Below, in pieces: positions 29,065 to 43,235 of a stretch of DNA of 64,000 nucleotides. This DNA is from Eledone cirrhosa (taxonomy: Eukaryota): assembly GCA_964016885.1 (NCBI GenBank), contig OZ024750.1:18228001-18292000 (forward strand), written 5' to 3'. A model generated the notes under the pieces. That model was given only the letters and a program-made list of their open reading frames with translations, was not told the origin of the DNA and searched no databases. Each line of letters starts with the position of its first letter. The first letter of the stretch is position 1. The translations under genes and the position numbers were made by a program.

Positions 29065-29535
29065 TATGTGTGTGTATAATATACCAATGCATATATTCCA
29101 ATGCATATATGTGTGCATATATGTGTGTATAATATACCAATGCATATATTCCAATGCATATATGTGTGTATAATATACCAATGCATATATTCCAATGCAT
29201 ATATGTGTGTATAATATACCAATGCATATATTCCAATGCATATATGTGTGTATAATATACCAATGCATATATTCCAATGCATATATGTGTGTATAATATA
29301 CCAATGCATATATTCCAATGCATATATGTGTGTATAATATACCAATGCATATATTCCAATGCATATATGTGTGTATAATATACCAATGCATATATTCCAA
29401 TGCATATATGTGTGTATAATATACCAATGCATATATTCCAATGCATATATGTGTGTATAATATACCAATGCATATATTCCAATGCATATATGTGTGTATA
29501 ATATACCAATGCATATATTCCAATGCATATATGTG
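29065..29535. repeat. 41-bp minisatellite, about 11 copies
   Basis: TATGTGTGTATAATATACCAATGCATATATTCCAATGCATA repeated. Confidence 0.97.
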
Positions 29536-29879
29536 CGTGGGTTTGCGTCTGTTTGTTGTATGTATGCGTATGTCTTGACGTACATATGTACATGCCCATG
29601 CATCCACAAATAGGTATATAGATATATGTGGATGTCTGTTTCTTCCATATATTCCCATAAACAAATGGTTGATTTCAATGAAAGAAAGCTTCAGCATTGG
29701 TATTTAGATAAAAATAATAGTAAAGAGTAAAACTGAATTTTAGAAAAGTCTTACATATTTTCACTGTTCCGCTTATTGATTGAAGTTGCAGAATATTAGA
29801 GTTAAATGGTTTTCTTTCTCTGCATAAAAACCCTCACCGATGAGAAAAGAAATCTATGTGGTTACTTAACCTTTAAGAA

Positions 29880-30262
29880 ATAATTGTTTCTACTTTTGGC
29901 ACAAGGCCAGCAATTACCCAGTGTATTACTGGTACTTTATTTAATCGACCCCGTAAGGAGGAAAGGCAAAGTTAACCTCGGCGGGATTTGAACTCGTAAC
30001 GTACAAGGCCGTAACTCTATGCCGCGAAGCAGAGTGTCGGGCTCTCTATTGATATTGCCAGTCTACCACCCTAATAATAATTGTTTCTACTTTTGGCACA
30101 AGGCCAGCAATTACTCCAGTGCATTACTGGTACTTTATTTTATCGATCCCGTAAGGATGAAAGGCAAAGTTATCCTCGAAGGGATTTGAACTCAGACCAT
30201 AAAGGGGCGTAACTCTATGCTACAAAGCATGGCGTCCGACCCTCCACCGATACTGTCAATCT
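29880..30262 (-). mobile_element. Two tandem tRNA-derived SINEs
   Basis: Reverse complement of the dominant SINE consensus, twice. Confidence 0.85.
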
Positions 30263-31371
30263 AAAGAAATAATAGCCAAATCTTCATCAAATTATGTCTT
30301 TCAATATGCATGAAAAATAGTTAGCTTAACCACAGCTGAAATACCTTTCAGAGTACGTCTGCTTGATTAAGACTTACCTAGGGCTAAACAATAATAATAT
30401 ACTCATTAATACTTCAATATTTGTAGCACTTCTTGTGTGGAACAGAAGACACAACGAGACCATCTATGTCAAGTTTGTTTTTTTTCCTTTTTTAGAACGA
30501 TTATTGGATTGGCAGTATCGGTAGAGGTCCAGACGCCATGCTTTGCAGCATAGAATTACGCCCCTTTACGATCTGAGTTCAAATCCCACCGATGTTAACT
30601 TTGCCTTTCATCCTTAAGGGGTCGATAAAATAAAGCCTCAGTAATGCACTGGGATAATTGCTGGCCATGTGCCAAACATAGAAACAATTATTTTCATCTA
30701 TCAAGTAAAAGCATTTTGTTTGTTTTTGACAAATGTTGTGCCTATGTTAGTTTCAAGGCCTTGTAAATATTTCCAGTGTAAATTCAAAGAAATTATTTTA
30801 CTTTAATGGTTCTAACTACTGTAGCCCTTATCATATAACCACTAGAGTTGGTTCCAAAATAAATAGAAACAGAAATACAGTTTCCAAATATTTATAGCAT
30901 CAAAGATAATCGTTGTCGTTTCAGTTACAAATGTGGGTATGGTTGGCTAGATCTGTCTAAGTCTCTCAATGACAGTAGGCACGATTGCCAAATAAAGTGA
31001 TACCAGAAAGTAGAAGTAGAAAATAGAGCCAAATATTCGGTTTTTTATTTGTTTTGTTTTGTTTTTAATCAAGCCATACTTTTACAGGGTTTATGCCATA
31101 TATTTTTGGTTTTCATTGTTACAGCATCGCTTTATTAATTTAAATATGTTCGGCACAACCCACACACTTATCTCTCCTTGTCTGTTCATCGATCACAACC
31201 TTGCTGGTCTGGCATTGATATTACAAGGATTTGTGTAAAGATTTTTTATAATGTTTAACCTTTTCTATATTTCACACGAAAACACTGTTTATGATTTATA
31301 AAAGTAATCATATTTAAGAAAACATTAATCTCTGTGTTAGTCGGCGTTTTATGTTGCTTCCTGTGTGTGTG

Positions 31372-31614
31372 TTAACCCTTTAGTATTTACATCACTCTAT
31401 ATATACTATTATATTTACTATTGTATTTTCACGGTAAAGGATTTATCTTACATAATTTTCTCACATAATATCGAATCTAGGAGATTTTGATATTATTTAT
31501 TTTGTGAATAATATCTTAACTTCAGTATCAGTAGCCTGTTATAGCCGGTTTTTGAACACAAAAAGATGAGAGAATTCTGGCCGGATATGGTCGGTTTAAA
31601 AGCTAAAGGTTTTA
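31372..31614. mobile_element. piggyBac-like MITE (degenerate)
   Basis: TTAA-CCCTTTAG at the left end and CTAAAGG-TTTT at the right end. Confidence 0.45.
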
Positions 31615-31841
31615 GGAGAAAGTTTGATGGCATGGCAATATGGAGAGGGTGGGGGAGATGGTGCCATGATGAAAGTGACGTCTTTCTAAATTATGTTATT
31701 TCCTCTTGTGTACGTTAAAGAGGAAGCAAGATTTTCGAGATAAAGATCTGTATGCATATATATGCGTGTCTGTGTACGAGTGTGTGTACGTGTGGGAGAA
31801 AAAGATAATGTGTGTGTGTGTGTATACATATATATATATAA

Positions 31842-31901
<60 letters not shown>

Positions 31902-32130
31902 GTGAGGTTTTTTTTACAAAATGAAAAATAACCGAGGTGTCCTACACGAGTGAAAGTATAAAGAAAAAAAGATGAAATCGAAAATGCAAGTGGAGTCTTA
32001 TTTAAAAAAAATATATATATTTATTTAGTTCCTTTACCAGTTTCGCAGTTCTTCTGCTTTTCAAAAGTAGAGTTGAGATGGAGGGTCTGTGGTTTTTCTC
32101 ACATCTGATGTTCCGTATAACCATGTCCAT

Positions 32131-32173
32131 TACGAGCTGACGATCCGCTAAGGTGAAACAATTGTTCTCAGTA
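32131..32173 (+). ncRNA. Minimal hammerhead (family B, second copy)
   Basis: GAG-CTGACGA-TCCGCTAAGGT-GAAACAATTGTT^CTC; downstream tail homologous to 20420-20511. Confidence 0.7.
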
Positions 32174-33495
32174 TGGTGAACTAACTGTTGTGTAACCACT
32201 TCTACCTAACTTGTCCAATGGACTGAGTGCTCTACCACTACGGATATTACCTTCCAGTGTTCTACCACTATATATATATATATATATGTATATATATAAC
32301 GAAGGAAATATGGTAAAGAACCAGATGGACCATAACGCACCAGAGTACTCAATACTTAGGGTAGTAGAGTGAGTAATAGGAAAGAATCAAACTCGTAACA
32401 AAAAAAAGCTTGACAACTTATCGATACGGTTATTAAAAATCAGCGTTGTGTGAATCTCCATAAATTTAGCAGCTCCTGTCCGAAGCAAGTCTGAAGAGAC
32501 TCAGTTTAATGTCATCTTCTGTAGTACCATAAATTAGTTGACAGTCTCTTCTCTTTATACCGAGAAACATAAATAATCCATATAATCGGGTATAGCTTAT
32601 CAGGGCAACATAAATTATTTCTTACTTTTGAGATACTTTTTTTTTTTCAATTTTATTTTCTTAACTTATCATCAAATCCCACTCACTATAAAATGATTCT
32701 ATAACACCTACATCGACTATCATAAAACATCTCACAATTTTCTCGTCTGCCACACATTAATATAATAAATAATGGATAATGTGTAATATGTCACTTCGTT
32801 AACCAGAGATTTACTTTTGTCTCTAGTTTTAATACTATTAGAGTGGTGAGAACGCTAGGGGGCGGAAGCGGTGGGAAGAGACACATTCAAGTATTTAATT
32901 ACTTCCCTTTATGTTCTGAGCTCAAATCATGTCGGAATTGACTTTGATTTTCCTCCTTCCACAATGTACAAAATACGTACCATTATAATGATTAAATCGA
33001 CTATAAATTTCTGATTAATGATTAAATCGACTATAAATTTCTTTAAATCTGTGCCTACATTTTTTATGATTACTATGTATATTATGTATATTATTACTAT
33101 GTATATTATGTATATTATTACTATGTATATTATGTATATTATGAATACATAACCCATAACTCCTGATAGGGGCACCATTGTAACATACGACTTGTCCTGG
33201 GCATTTTAAACCATGCGAAGCCTTTTCCTTCTCTACAAGTGATTTCTTCCAAAGAGGAGAGAATAATAAAGAGGAAGTAAGAAAGACTTCAGTATTGAAC
33301 TGAAACTTTTTTATCAACCTCAACCAGAGCGTAGAGAGCCGGACGAAAAAGCATTATATCCGAAGTTTTAACGTTCACCGCCTATGCCTGTTATAATTTA
33401 TTATTATTTACATGGTGAATGCTAGAACCAATGTCTACTTTTATAAGCTGCCATTTTCCACTGTTAGCAAATGTGAAGGTCATATTTTATTATTA

Positions 33496-33562
<67 letters not shown>

Positions 33563-33607
33563 TGTATATATATATATATAATTTTGAGTTTCTAACTCAA
33601 TACATGC

Positions 33608-33659
<52 letters not shown>

Positions 33660-33843
33660 AACAAAGAGGGTGTGGTAAGATAACAGGTGGACCATAACGC
33701 ACCAGAGTACTCAATATTTAGGGTAGTAGAGTGGGTAATAGGAAAAGAGTCAGGATTACGACGGCTGAGCTCCGGCCGTTTCGACAGCGGATCTAACTGT
33801 CGAAACGGCCGGAACTCAGCCGTCGGGGTCCTGACTCTTTTCC

Positions 33844-33845
<2 letters not shown>
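33660..33845 (-). mobile_element. Fold-back element family E
   Basis: Same tail and inverted arms as 8058-8243. Confidence 0.7.
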
Positions 33846-33874
<29 letters not shown>

Positions 33875-33905
33875 CTGTGTAAATATATATAGAGAGATAT
33901 AGATA

Positions 33906-33970
<65 letters not shown>

Positions 33971-34359
33971 CAGGGAGACAGAGGAGTGTGTAATTAGAAA
34001 ATAAGACACAATTGTAAGAAGTGGGGCGAAAAAAATGGAAACAACATAAATAAAAGTTTAATCAGTCAATATAATCTTCTTTGGCATTAAATCTCTTGAT
34101 TAGGGAGTAATTTTCGCGACTTGCTGATCATTCCTATCAAAGATGTGTCCGGTACTATTGTTGTGTGAGCGTGAGGTTGATCATAATACCTTCCTCGTGT
34201 TTGACAAGAGTTTGACATCTGAACAACACAGTCTTCACCGGAGGAGATATTCCGTTTGTCTCTAATCAAACAAAACAATAAATCTTCTCGATTTCACTGA
34301 ACTTAAGTCTTAAGTGCAGATTAACTTCCTCCACTCTATGTCTATGAATATATACGAAC

Positions 34360-34425
<66 letters not shown>

Positions 34426-36116
34426 ATCTATCTATCTATCTATCTATCTATCTCTCTCTCTCTGTATATATATATAGGAAAATATTCAGAACCCCGACGG
34501 CTGAGCTCCAACCGTTTCAACAGCTAGATCCGAACTAAGCCACCAGTATATATATATATATATGGAAAGTTATATTTAAATTGTTGGGTTACAACGAGTA
34601 AATATTTATAACTGATATAAAAGCACTCAACAAGTATTTGGAGTATATTTACGATATTAAATAAATGGAAATTATATTTATAAAACCATATTTATTTCAT
34701 TATATATATTTCAGGGATATCATATTAACAATATGTTATGCCTTCTTCAGACAAAATACAATATAGACAGTCTTATAAATAAATAGATTCGACATACCTT
34801 TCAACATCGACTTGCATTTGAAAAGTTGATTTATATATATATAGCTATTTTACGTGTTCCAACCGACTGGCTGTGGCCATGCTACGACACCGCCATATAT
34901 ATATATGTGTGTGTGTGTGTGTGTTTGTGCGTGCGTGTGCTTATTTACTTTCCGAAGAAAGCGGTAGCAGTAACTTCGAAGTTAGCTGCGGGGGACGGTT
35001 GTAGTAGTTTATCTTGTATATTTAACAAGATGTTTTTTTGTTTTTTTTTGCGAAGATTTGACTACAGTTTGTTGTAGATCGAACGGCCACGTAAAGACTT
35101 CGTAGTTAGCTAGAGAGAGAGAGAGAGAGAGGGGGGGATGACGATGGAGATTTGTGGGCAATAAATGAGTGGACATATTGATCGAGAATAGAAGAAAAAT
35201 GAAGAGAAAATGAGCAAAGAATCTCTGTCACTTATGAAACCTAGATAACCGATATAACATTCTGCAATATAATCCATAACGGTTGTATTCTGCAATATAT
35301 TATTCCATTTACTGGAATCGGCAGCCATTACCTTCAGATTATCTATCAAGAACCATACTTCAGGAACCGATAGATTTTTTTTTTTATATATATAGCATGT
35401 GAAAAGTAAACATAAACAACAAACCAAACAACACAGTACAATGAAGAAATATATTAGTTTAACGCTTGATATAGTAGGAAAGAGTCTCTACTTTCGGACA
35501 CTACTGCTTCAAACTTCAGAACCTGATCTTGATAGGCTTTGTTTTTTATTTGTAGTTACACTAGGTTCAGCAAGGGAGGGTGAGGGGTTCCGTGAAAAAG
35601 GTAGAGGAATATATTTATATTACGACCATAAAAACAATATTAGACTTTGGGGTTCAAACAGAAGTTTCTCAACCAAAAAGGGTTCCGCGTTTGAAAAAGA
35701 TTTGGAAACCCTGCACTAGAGTGTATAAAACCAACATAGCAGAATGGTTAGATAGATAAATGTGAATACGAGTTTATAGTAAATAACATTAATAATTATG
35801 ATATTAATATCGAAGACAAAGGTCATATAACAAGGAAAGAAAATATAGAAGAAAATAACTAACTAGAGAATGGTTAACTAGAGAGTCGTTAGAACGCCGG
35901 ATTTCTTAAGGCTTTTCTTAAGAAATCTTAAGACTTTTACTACTATATTAAGCGTGAAACTAACATATATCTTCATTGAACTTCATCGTCTGTTGTGTTT
36001 TATCTGTTTACTTTTCACACACACACATATATCACATAAATATGCATTATATATATTATATGTAATGTTCAAACATATATTTCTAATTTTTTTTTTTTTT
36101 TCATTTCTATATTCAG

Positions 36117-36224
36117 CTGACTTGATGGTAACCCTTGCCCGGCCATCAGACACCGGACTTTACAGTTGTGAGGTAACTAACAACCAAGGAGTAGATATGG
36201 CCAGTACTTTTGTTACTGTAAGAG
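36117..36224 (+). CDS. Exon 5: C-half of Ig domain (DLMVTLARPSDTGLYSCEVTNNQGVDMASTFVTVR)
   Basis: Polypyrimidine tract plus ttcag acceptor, DxGxYxC motif, AGAG|gtaaat donor. Confidence 0.93.
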
Positions 36225-37330
36225 GTAAATAACAACATATTATAGAATTTATTAGTTTTTTCAATCTATTATGTTCCATAATACTCTTGATTTATCAAAA
36301 ACATTTCTCATTATACTTCCTTAAATATTAGACAGATGTTTCAAAGTAATTATAGTTTGGCAGTTAATCTTAGATTATCCGTCACTCACAGTATTTATAG
36401 TACGACAAAACAAACTTTTGAATAAGACAATTACTATAGAACATATTTTCTAGTTTTTTAGACACGTTGCCAAGCTTATTTCGAGTCTAGCTTTAAGCCA
36501 ACTCACATAACAAAGATGCATAAACGTCACACTTTATCATCCCATGTAAAAATATCTTTTAGCTAGGGCCTTAAGCAAAAAATTCCCTCTGACCTATCAT
36601 ACCTGTTAAGTTGGCACACCCACCTTAATAAACAGGTAAGATTGATCAGAGTTAATTTTGCGAACCTTCACATATATGTCGGTGGTGGAGGGAGAACCAA
36701 ATTCTGCCTAGGTGTGATTGTCCCCTCACCTCCGGTTTTTGTTTTGTTTTGTTTTGTTTTGTTTTGTGCCTTTGGGTTGTTGTTTGGCTGAATGGATAGA
36801 CAAGATGTCTTGCGGTATTTAGTTACATCCCTTTACGTTTATAGTTCAAATCCCACCGAAATCATCTTTACCTTTCATACTTCGAGAATCGATAAAATAA
36901 GAACCTGTCAATTACTGGAATCGATTTAGTCGACTATAAAATATATGGGAGAAATCCCTAAAAGAAAAACCTTTACATGGTAACTCTATATACTTTTGGG
37001 AAAAAAGGAGCCAATCGTTAAATGGGACCAAAGAAACAAAGTTCCCATCGGTGTTACCTTCATTACTGATGCTATCTGCTAGTCGCAACACCTGCCGAAA
37101 AGCGTCAGGATTTGAAATCAAAACCAAGCAAACCTGCCAACCTTTAACAACCCAAACGGGGAGTACCGTGAAGAAAAGTGCCCCAAAACGGGGAGAAATG
37201 AGGCAAAATGGGTATATTTTACATAATTGTTTTTACTTTAGGCACAAGGCCAGCAATTACCCAGTGCATTACTGGTACTTTATTTTATCGACCCCGTAGG
37301 GATGAAAGGCAAAGTCAACCTCGGCGGGAT

Positions 37331-37637
37331 TTTGATGAATAGCATTCAACAATTTGGTCATTTTTACAGTTACCTTCCATATTGCACTTGCATATAGTGC
37401 TGTTAGTAGTACAGGATGATCTTGATATTAGAGTCGTGTGTGTTCATGGACCAGAGTTTATACATTTTCTTGAAAATATATACCAATAATATAATACGGT
37501 TACTTCAGTCAGCTATATCAGACCTGCCAACTTTTAAAAACCCAAACGGGGAATACCATGAAAAAAGTGTCTCAAAACGGGGAGAAATGAGGCAAAATGG
37601 GGATATTTTACATAATGAAAGCTATACCCATTTTCAC
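37331..37637 (+). repeat. About 300-bp near-identical duplicate of 46400-46706
   Basis: Only a couple of differences visible; both give the same MILILESCVFMDQ ORF. Confidence 0.9.
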
Positions 37638-37967
37638 AAGAGAAGACATCTTTCACCCACCCTAAAGTGGGTGGGAGATCTCTCCATCGGACGGAGAGAG
37701 TGAAAGGTCTGACACAGAGCAGAATCAAATACCATGAAACAACCAGTCCGACTCTTTAACAAAATTCTGCAAATCGACCGCCCCCAGCCCTTCACTGATA
37801 TTACTTTATTTATTGATTCCGAAAGGATGAAATGTAAAGCTGAAAACGGTAGAATTTTATCCGACTCCCTAACCCCTGTCAATTCCTCGATTGATGTTCG
37901 ACTCCTTTCCTTTACATGTTATAGGTTTCTATAAGTTACCTGTTTTCTGTCCTATGTATTTACGCCT

Positions 37968-38710
<743 letters not shown>

Positions 38711-38746
38711 GTGATGAAAGGTTTTCATAAATATCTACTATTTTAG

Positions 38747-38987
38747 ACTATAGATCTGGATGTGCTGACAAAAGCACTGAAGGACTACACAACTATAAAA
38801 ACATACACGCCTGCAAAGGAAAGTGGGATGGTCACGTGAAGCGGGCTCGGTGGCTTTGCGCCAAAGGATGGAGTGTTTGCAACCCTAAAGATTCTGAAGC
38901 ATTACAGAGGATTACATGGAGCGATATCTATGAATTACATGGCTGCTATGCATACAATGCAGCAAATCATAAAGGCAAATGTACAAG
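38747..38987 (+). CDS. Exon 6: N-half of Cys-rich domain 2 (YRSGCADKSTEGL...CAKGWSVC...GCYAYNAANHKGKCT)
   Basis: ttttag acceptor, AG|gtatag phase-2 donor, clear similarity to exon 2. Confidence 0.92.
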
Positions 38988-39649
38988 GTATAGTTTCAAT
39001 TTCTATATAATTTAATATTCTTAAGGGGTAGACATGCTTTGCAGTAATCGTTCTGACTCTCTGAGTTCAAATCCCGCCGAGGTCATCTTTGCTTTTTACT
39101 CTTTCCTGATCATTAACTTAAATACCAGTCTAGTACTGAGGTCGATTTTCTCCTGATTTTCGGTCTGAGTACAGCAGATTTCTTCCAGAGAAAGATAGAA
39201 AGTAAGAGAGAGGAACAAGAGATATAGAGGAAGAATCGATCACAGTACTAGACTGGTGTTTTTTTTATCGACCTCGAAAGGATGAAAGGCAAAGTTGACC
39301 TCCTTTTCTTTCTCTCTCTGGGAGAAATCGGCTGTATTCCGACCTGGAAAGGGATGGACTCCTCCAAGTTTAAAATACCCAAAACGCGCTGTGTGTCAGG
39401 ACGGTGCCCCTACGACTCAGTCAAAAATTAAAGACATTTTACCTGCTTAGCTTCAATATTCAATATCCGAATTATAGCTTAAGTTTCAACATGTGTAATA
39501 AAACTCACTACCTACCTCACCATAGTATAAATTACAAGAGATAAATATCTTTTTGACTGAAACTTCACTGTAAATATATTTTATGATGATTTGATGCGAG
39601 GAAACAAAACTAGAGTGTTGAATTAATGTCTTACTTGTCTTCTATCTAG

Positions 39650-39822
39650 ATGTCACAAAGTCAATATGGCGGGCATTGGAAGAAATTGCAGACGATTGCG
39701 TTATTCAAAAAAATCTTGTTTAACTAAAGGTAGAATTGACGTGTATCATCCCAGAAAAAGCCGCGGATGTTCATATACAGCAGGTTACACAACTGGTGTA
39801 CTCTGCTGTAAACGAAAGAGAG
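39650..39822 (+). CDS. Exon 7: C-half of Cys-rich domain 2 (CHKVNMAGIGRNC...GRID...GVLCCKRKR)
   Basis: tctatctag acceptor, GAG|gtaatt donor, similar to exon 3. Confidence 0.92.
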
Positions 39823-39884
39823 GTAATTATATTTCAACTATATATATTTGTATCTATGCAATGTTGTTTAAATATATTGGTTTC

Positions 39885-40095
39885 GAATAGCCATTGCTGG
39901 ACAGATCTTACAGACAAAGACCAGCCGGCAGGAGACCCAGGAGTAGATCCCGAGCAAGATGGTTGGATAGCATCCAATTGCTCGGCTGGTCACGCTTTGG
40001 GGATCCAGCCGGATCAATTGGAGACGGTTGCTTCTGACAGGATCCACTGGAAGGTGTATCTGAGGACTCTACCCCAAGAAGAAGAAGAAGAAGAG
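39885..40095 (+). mobile_element. RTE-like LINE 3' end, (GAA)n-tailed family
   Basis: Homologous copies at about 15270, 49320-49640 (-), 56235-56660 (-), 60205-60405 (+) and 63835-64000 (-); encodes an RPRGRPRARW.D-like motif. Confidence 0.7.
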
Positions 40096-40607
40096 GGGGC
40101 ACTGGATGCCACTGCCTCCTTACTTTTCAATGGTGCACCCTCAGATTTAGAAAACAGTTTATAAAAACATTCTTTGAAGTCTTAACTTTACTGATTTTCT
40201 TCCCAAAACAAAAACGAAAACAAAGAACAAGAAAATATTTAAAAAAATAACGTTAACCAAAAGTTGGTCAAAAAATTCCTTATAGAATTAGAATACCCAA
40301 CCAGAATGTTCTGAAGTCTTGCCAAGAAGTAAAGTCTGGGGATAGGCACACACACACACACACACACACACATTAGAATTGCTAGACACTGGTATACATT
40401 AATTTTAAATTGTAAGAAAACGTTTCTATGTGAGTTTACAAACATTTGTTAGTATATTATATTACTCCTTCACAGCCATGAGTTTCTTGGTGTTTCAATG
40501 ATTGAGTTATTGATTAATTGATGTTTTTATTGATTTATCGATTTATTGATTGGCTTACTAATTTCTATATATAACTACATATATATTCATATATCTTTGT
40601 TTATTAG

Positions 40608-40718
40608 TGAAATCATCAAAACGAAGGTGTAAGCATTCTTGCCAAAATGGTGGCGTATGTGTGGGCTTCAATCGTTGCAAATGTTTACCGGACTATAAGG
40701 GAGCTACATGCCAAAATC
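40608..40718 (+). CDS. Exon 8: EGF-like repeat 1 (CKHSCQNGGVCVGFNRCKCLPDYKGATCQN)
   Basis: ttattag acceptor, C|gtaagt donor, six-Cys EGF pattern. Confidence 0.93.
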
Positions 40719-41869
40719 GTAAGTTTAAAACTTCTCTAACAATCAATATTTTTTTTTATAATATATAAAAAAATATTTCATTTATTTAAAACTGGTTGGT
40801 TTATTCAAGAGATCTATGTTTGTTTCTCTTTAGATATATCGATTTGTAGTTTTGATGTTCGTTTCCTCCCGAGAACAGTTATAACATAAGTGACCTGGCC
40901 TCTTGTGGCAGACCCTACCATCTTTACTTTTAATTGTCAATGCTTTTGTCTAGCTAGATGTAAATATGTGTCATTGGGTGGGTTTATTTTTATTTGGTAC
41001 AAGACCACCCGTGATCCGTTGGGTCACGTACGCTTAATTTTTTTTTTTTAAATCCTGTTCACTTAAAAATAATTTTTAAATAATTAAAATATAGACAGAC
41101 ATGTATATAATGTAAAATGAAATTGAAAGGCCCATATGTATATATATATGTATGTGTGTGTATATAAATATATGAGGGTGTCTTTCAATCTACCCTCTCA
41201 CAACCACTCTTTCTTTCTCTCTATCTTTCGCTCTCTCTCTCTGTTTATGAAGGTACCTGGAAAAAAAACCCGTATCTCGGGAACCCGTGCTCCGATTTAC
41301 GCGAAACTTGTTTTATTTCATTTGTATTCCCATTTCAGGGGCAACTTCCTTTCAAAGTATTTTCCCATTGTGCGCCGTTTTGGCTGCATCAAATTACAGA
41401 CATGCACACAATCACAGAGTTTTAGTAGTATATGAATGAAGAAGAGGGAAGTCATGCTTTGTGGAATCTAGTTGCGGTTCTTTACGTTCTGAGTTCGAAT
41501 CCCGTTGAGGCCAACTTTGCCTTCCATTCTTTCAAGGTCGAGAAAAGAAAATACCAGTGTCAGTATAATCGACTCCCCCCTCTCTCCCCAAGATTTCTGG
41601 CCTTGTGCCAATGTTGAAAAGAATTATATATTGGGGGTGGGACACCTAACTATAGCTTACTGTATTATTACTTCTGCTAACATTGATAAATATTTAAGAT
41701 ATCATTTGAGTTATTTTTTCAGAATAATACATCATTCCGTCCCAAAATGTTTCATTTGTTTAACATGCTGTTATTTTTATGTTAATATCTTATTTTTACA
41801 AAGACACCCGAAAGAAAATATGAATGACATCACTTCTGTTTTTAAAATATTTTGTATATATTTTTTTAA

Positions 41870-42088
<219 letters not shown>

Positions 42089-42408
42089 TAACACAATATT
42101 TTCCATCATTCAATAGTTTTATGACTATTGTAATATAAAAAAAATATGTGCTTTAGAAAAGTGAGAAATCTATCCCAATCAAAATATTGCTCTCTACAAC
42201 CTATGCTCCATATGGATGTCATTCATAAAATATTGCTTACACATATGGAATTGATACTGGTTGTTTTCGTCTTCAGCGCTTGACTGAACATTGACAAAAG
42301 CAGCTCATCTTCATTATTATCCTTACACCTTAAAACTAACGATATAGCCAGCTGTTGGAAACATTTAGGTAAATATATGGGAGAAAACGTATGTAGAACT
42401 AGTTGAAA

Positions 42409-42439
<31 letters not shown>

Positions 42440-42655
42440 TACATAAATACATACATGTAAAGTGGTCGTGTAAGTATCACGACAAAAAGCACTAAGCCCA
42501 CATTGTAAAGTGGTCGTGTAGGAGTCACGACAAAAAGCACCCAGCAACACATTGTAAATGCCTGGACTTGTATCTCGGAGGGGAACTTTCTAGGTGCAAA
42601 TCCCATGGTCATTCGTGACAGAAGGGGGTCTTTTTTATTATGTTTATCATTGCTA

Positions 42656-42690
<35 letters not shown>

Positions 42691-42694
42691 ATAC

Positions 42695-43135
42695 TAGGGC
42701 GGTAGATTGGCAGTATCGGTGGAGGGTCGGACGCCATGCTTTCAAACATAGTTACGTCCCTTTACGATCTGAGTTCAAATCCCGCCGAGGTTGACTTTGC
42801 CTTTCATCCTTACGGGGTCGATAAAATAAAGTACCAGTAATGAACTGGGTAATTGCTGGCCTTGTGCCTAAAGTAGAAACAATTATTATTATTATTATTA
42901 TACATTTGAAAGAGCGGTGGATTGGCAGTAACGGTAGAGGGTCGGACGCCATGCTTTGCGGCATAGAGTTACGGCCCTTTATGATCTGAGTTCAAATCCC
43001 GCCGAGGTTAACTTTGCCTTTCATCCTTACGGGGTAGATAAAATAAAGTACCAGTCACGTACTGGGGTCGATTTAATCGACTTTCCCCTCTCCCAAAATT
43101 GCTGTCCTTGTGTCTATATAAGAAGCCATTATTAT
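42695..43135 (+). mobile_element. Two tandem tRNA-derived SINEs (dominant family)
   Basis: A box TGGCAGTATCGGTAG, B box GAGTTCAAATCCC, core CTTTCATCCTTACGGGGTCGATAAAATAAAGTACC (recalled as Meta-domain-like), (TTA)n tail. Confidence 0.85.
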
Positions 43136-43188
43136 ACATTTGAAATGATTATTTATTCATGAATGTTTTTTTTTCTTTACTTTTCCAG

Positions 43189-43235
43189 TACACCAACACA
43201 TTCTATTATCTTATCTGAATCGTACCGAGCGATGA
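43189..43235 (+). CDS. Exon 10: terminal coding exon (LHQHILLSYLNRTER*)
   Basis: Long polypyrimidine tract plus ttttccag, phase matches exon 9, TGA at 43233-43235; an AATAAA lies at 43547. Confidence 0.75.

Noticed and set aside
28904-29697. 217-231-aa ORFs in three frames
   Set aside because: They are translations of the 41-bp tandem repeat.
37416-37703. Duplicated 87-95-aa ORF as a gene pair (with 46485)
   Set aside because: It runs into MITE sequence, has no splice or domain support, and is explained by the local duplication.
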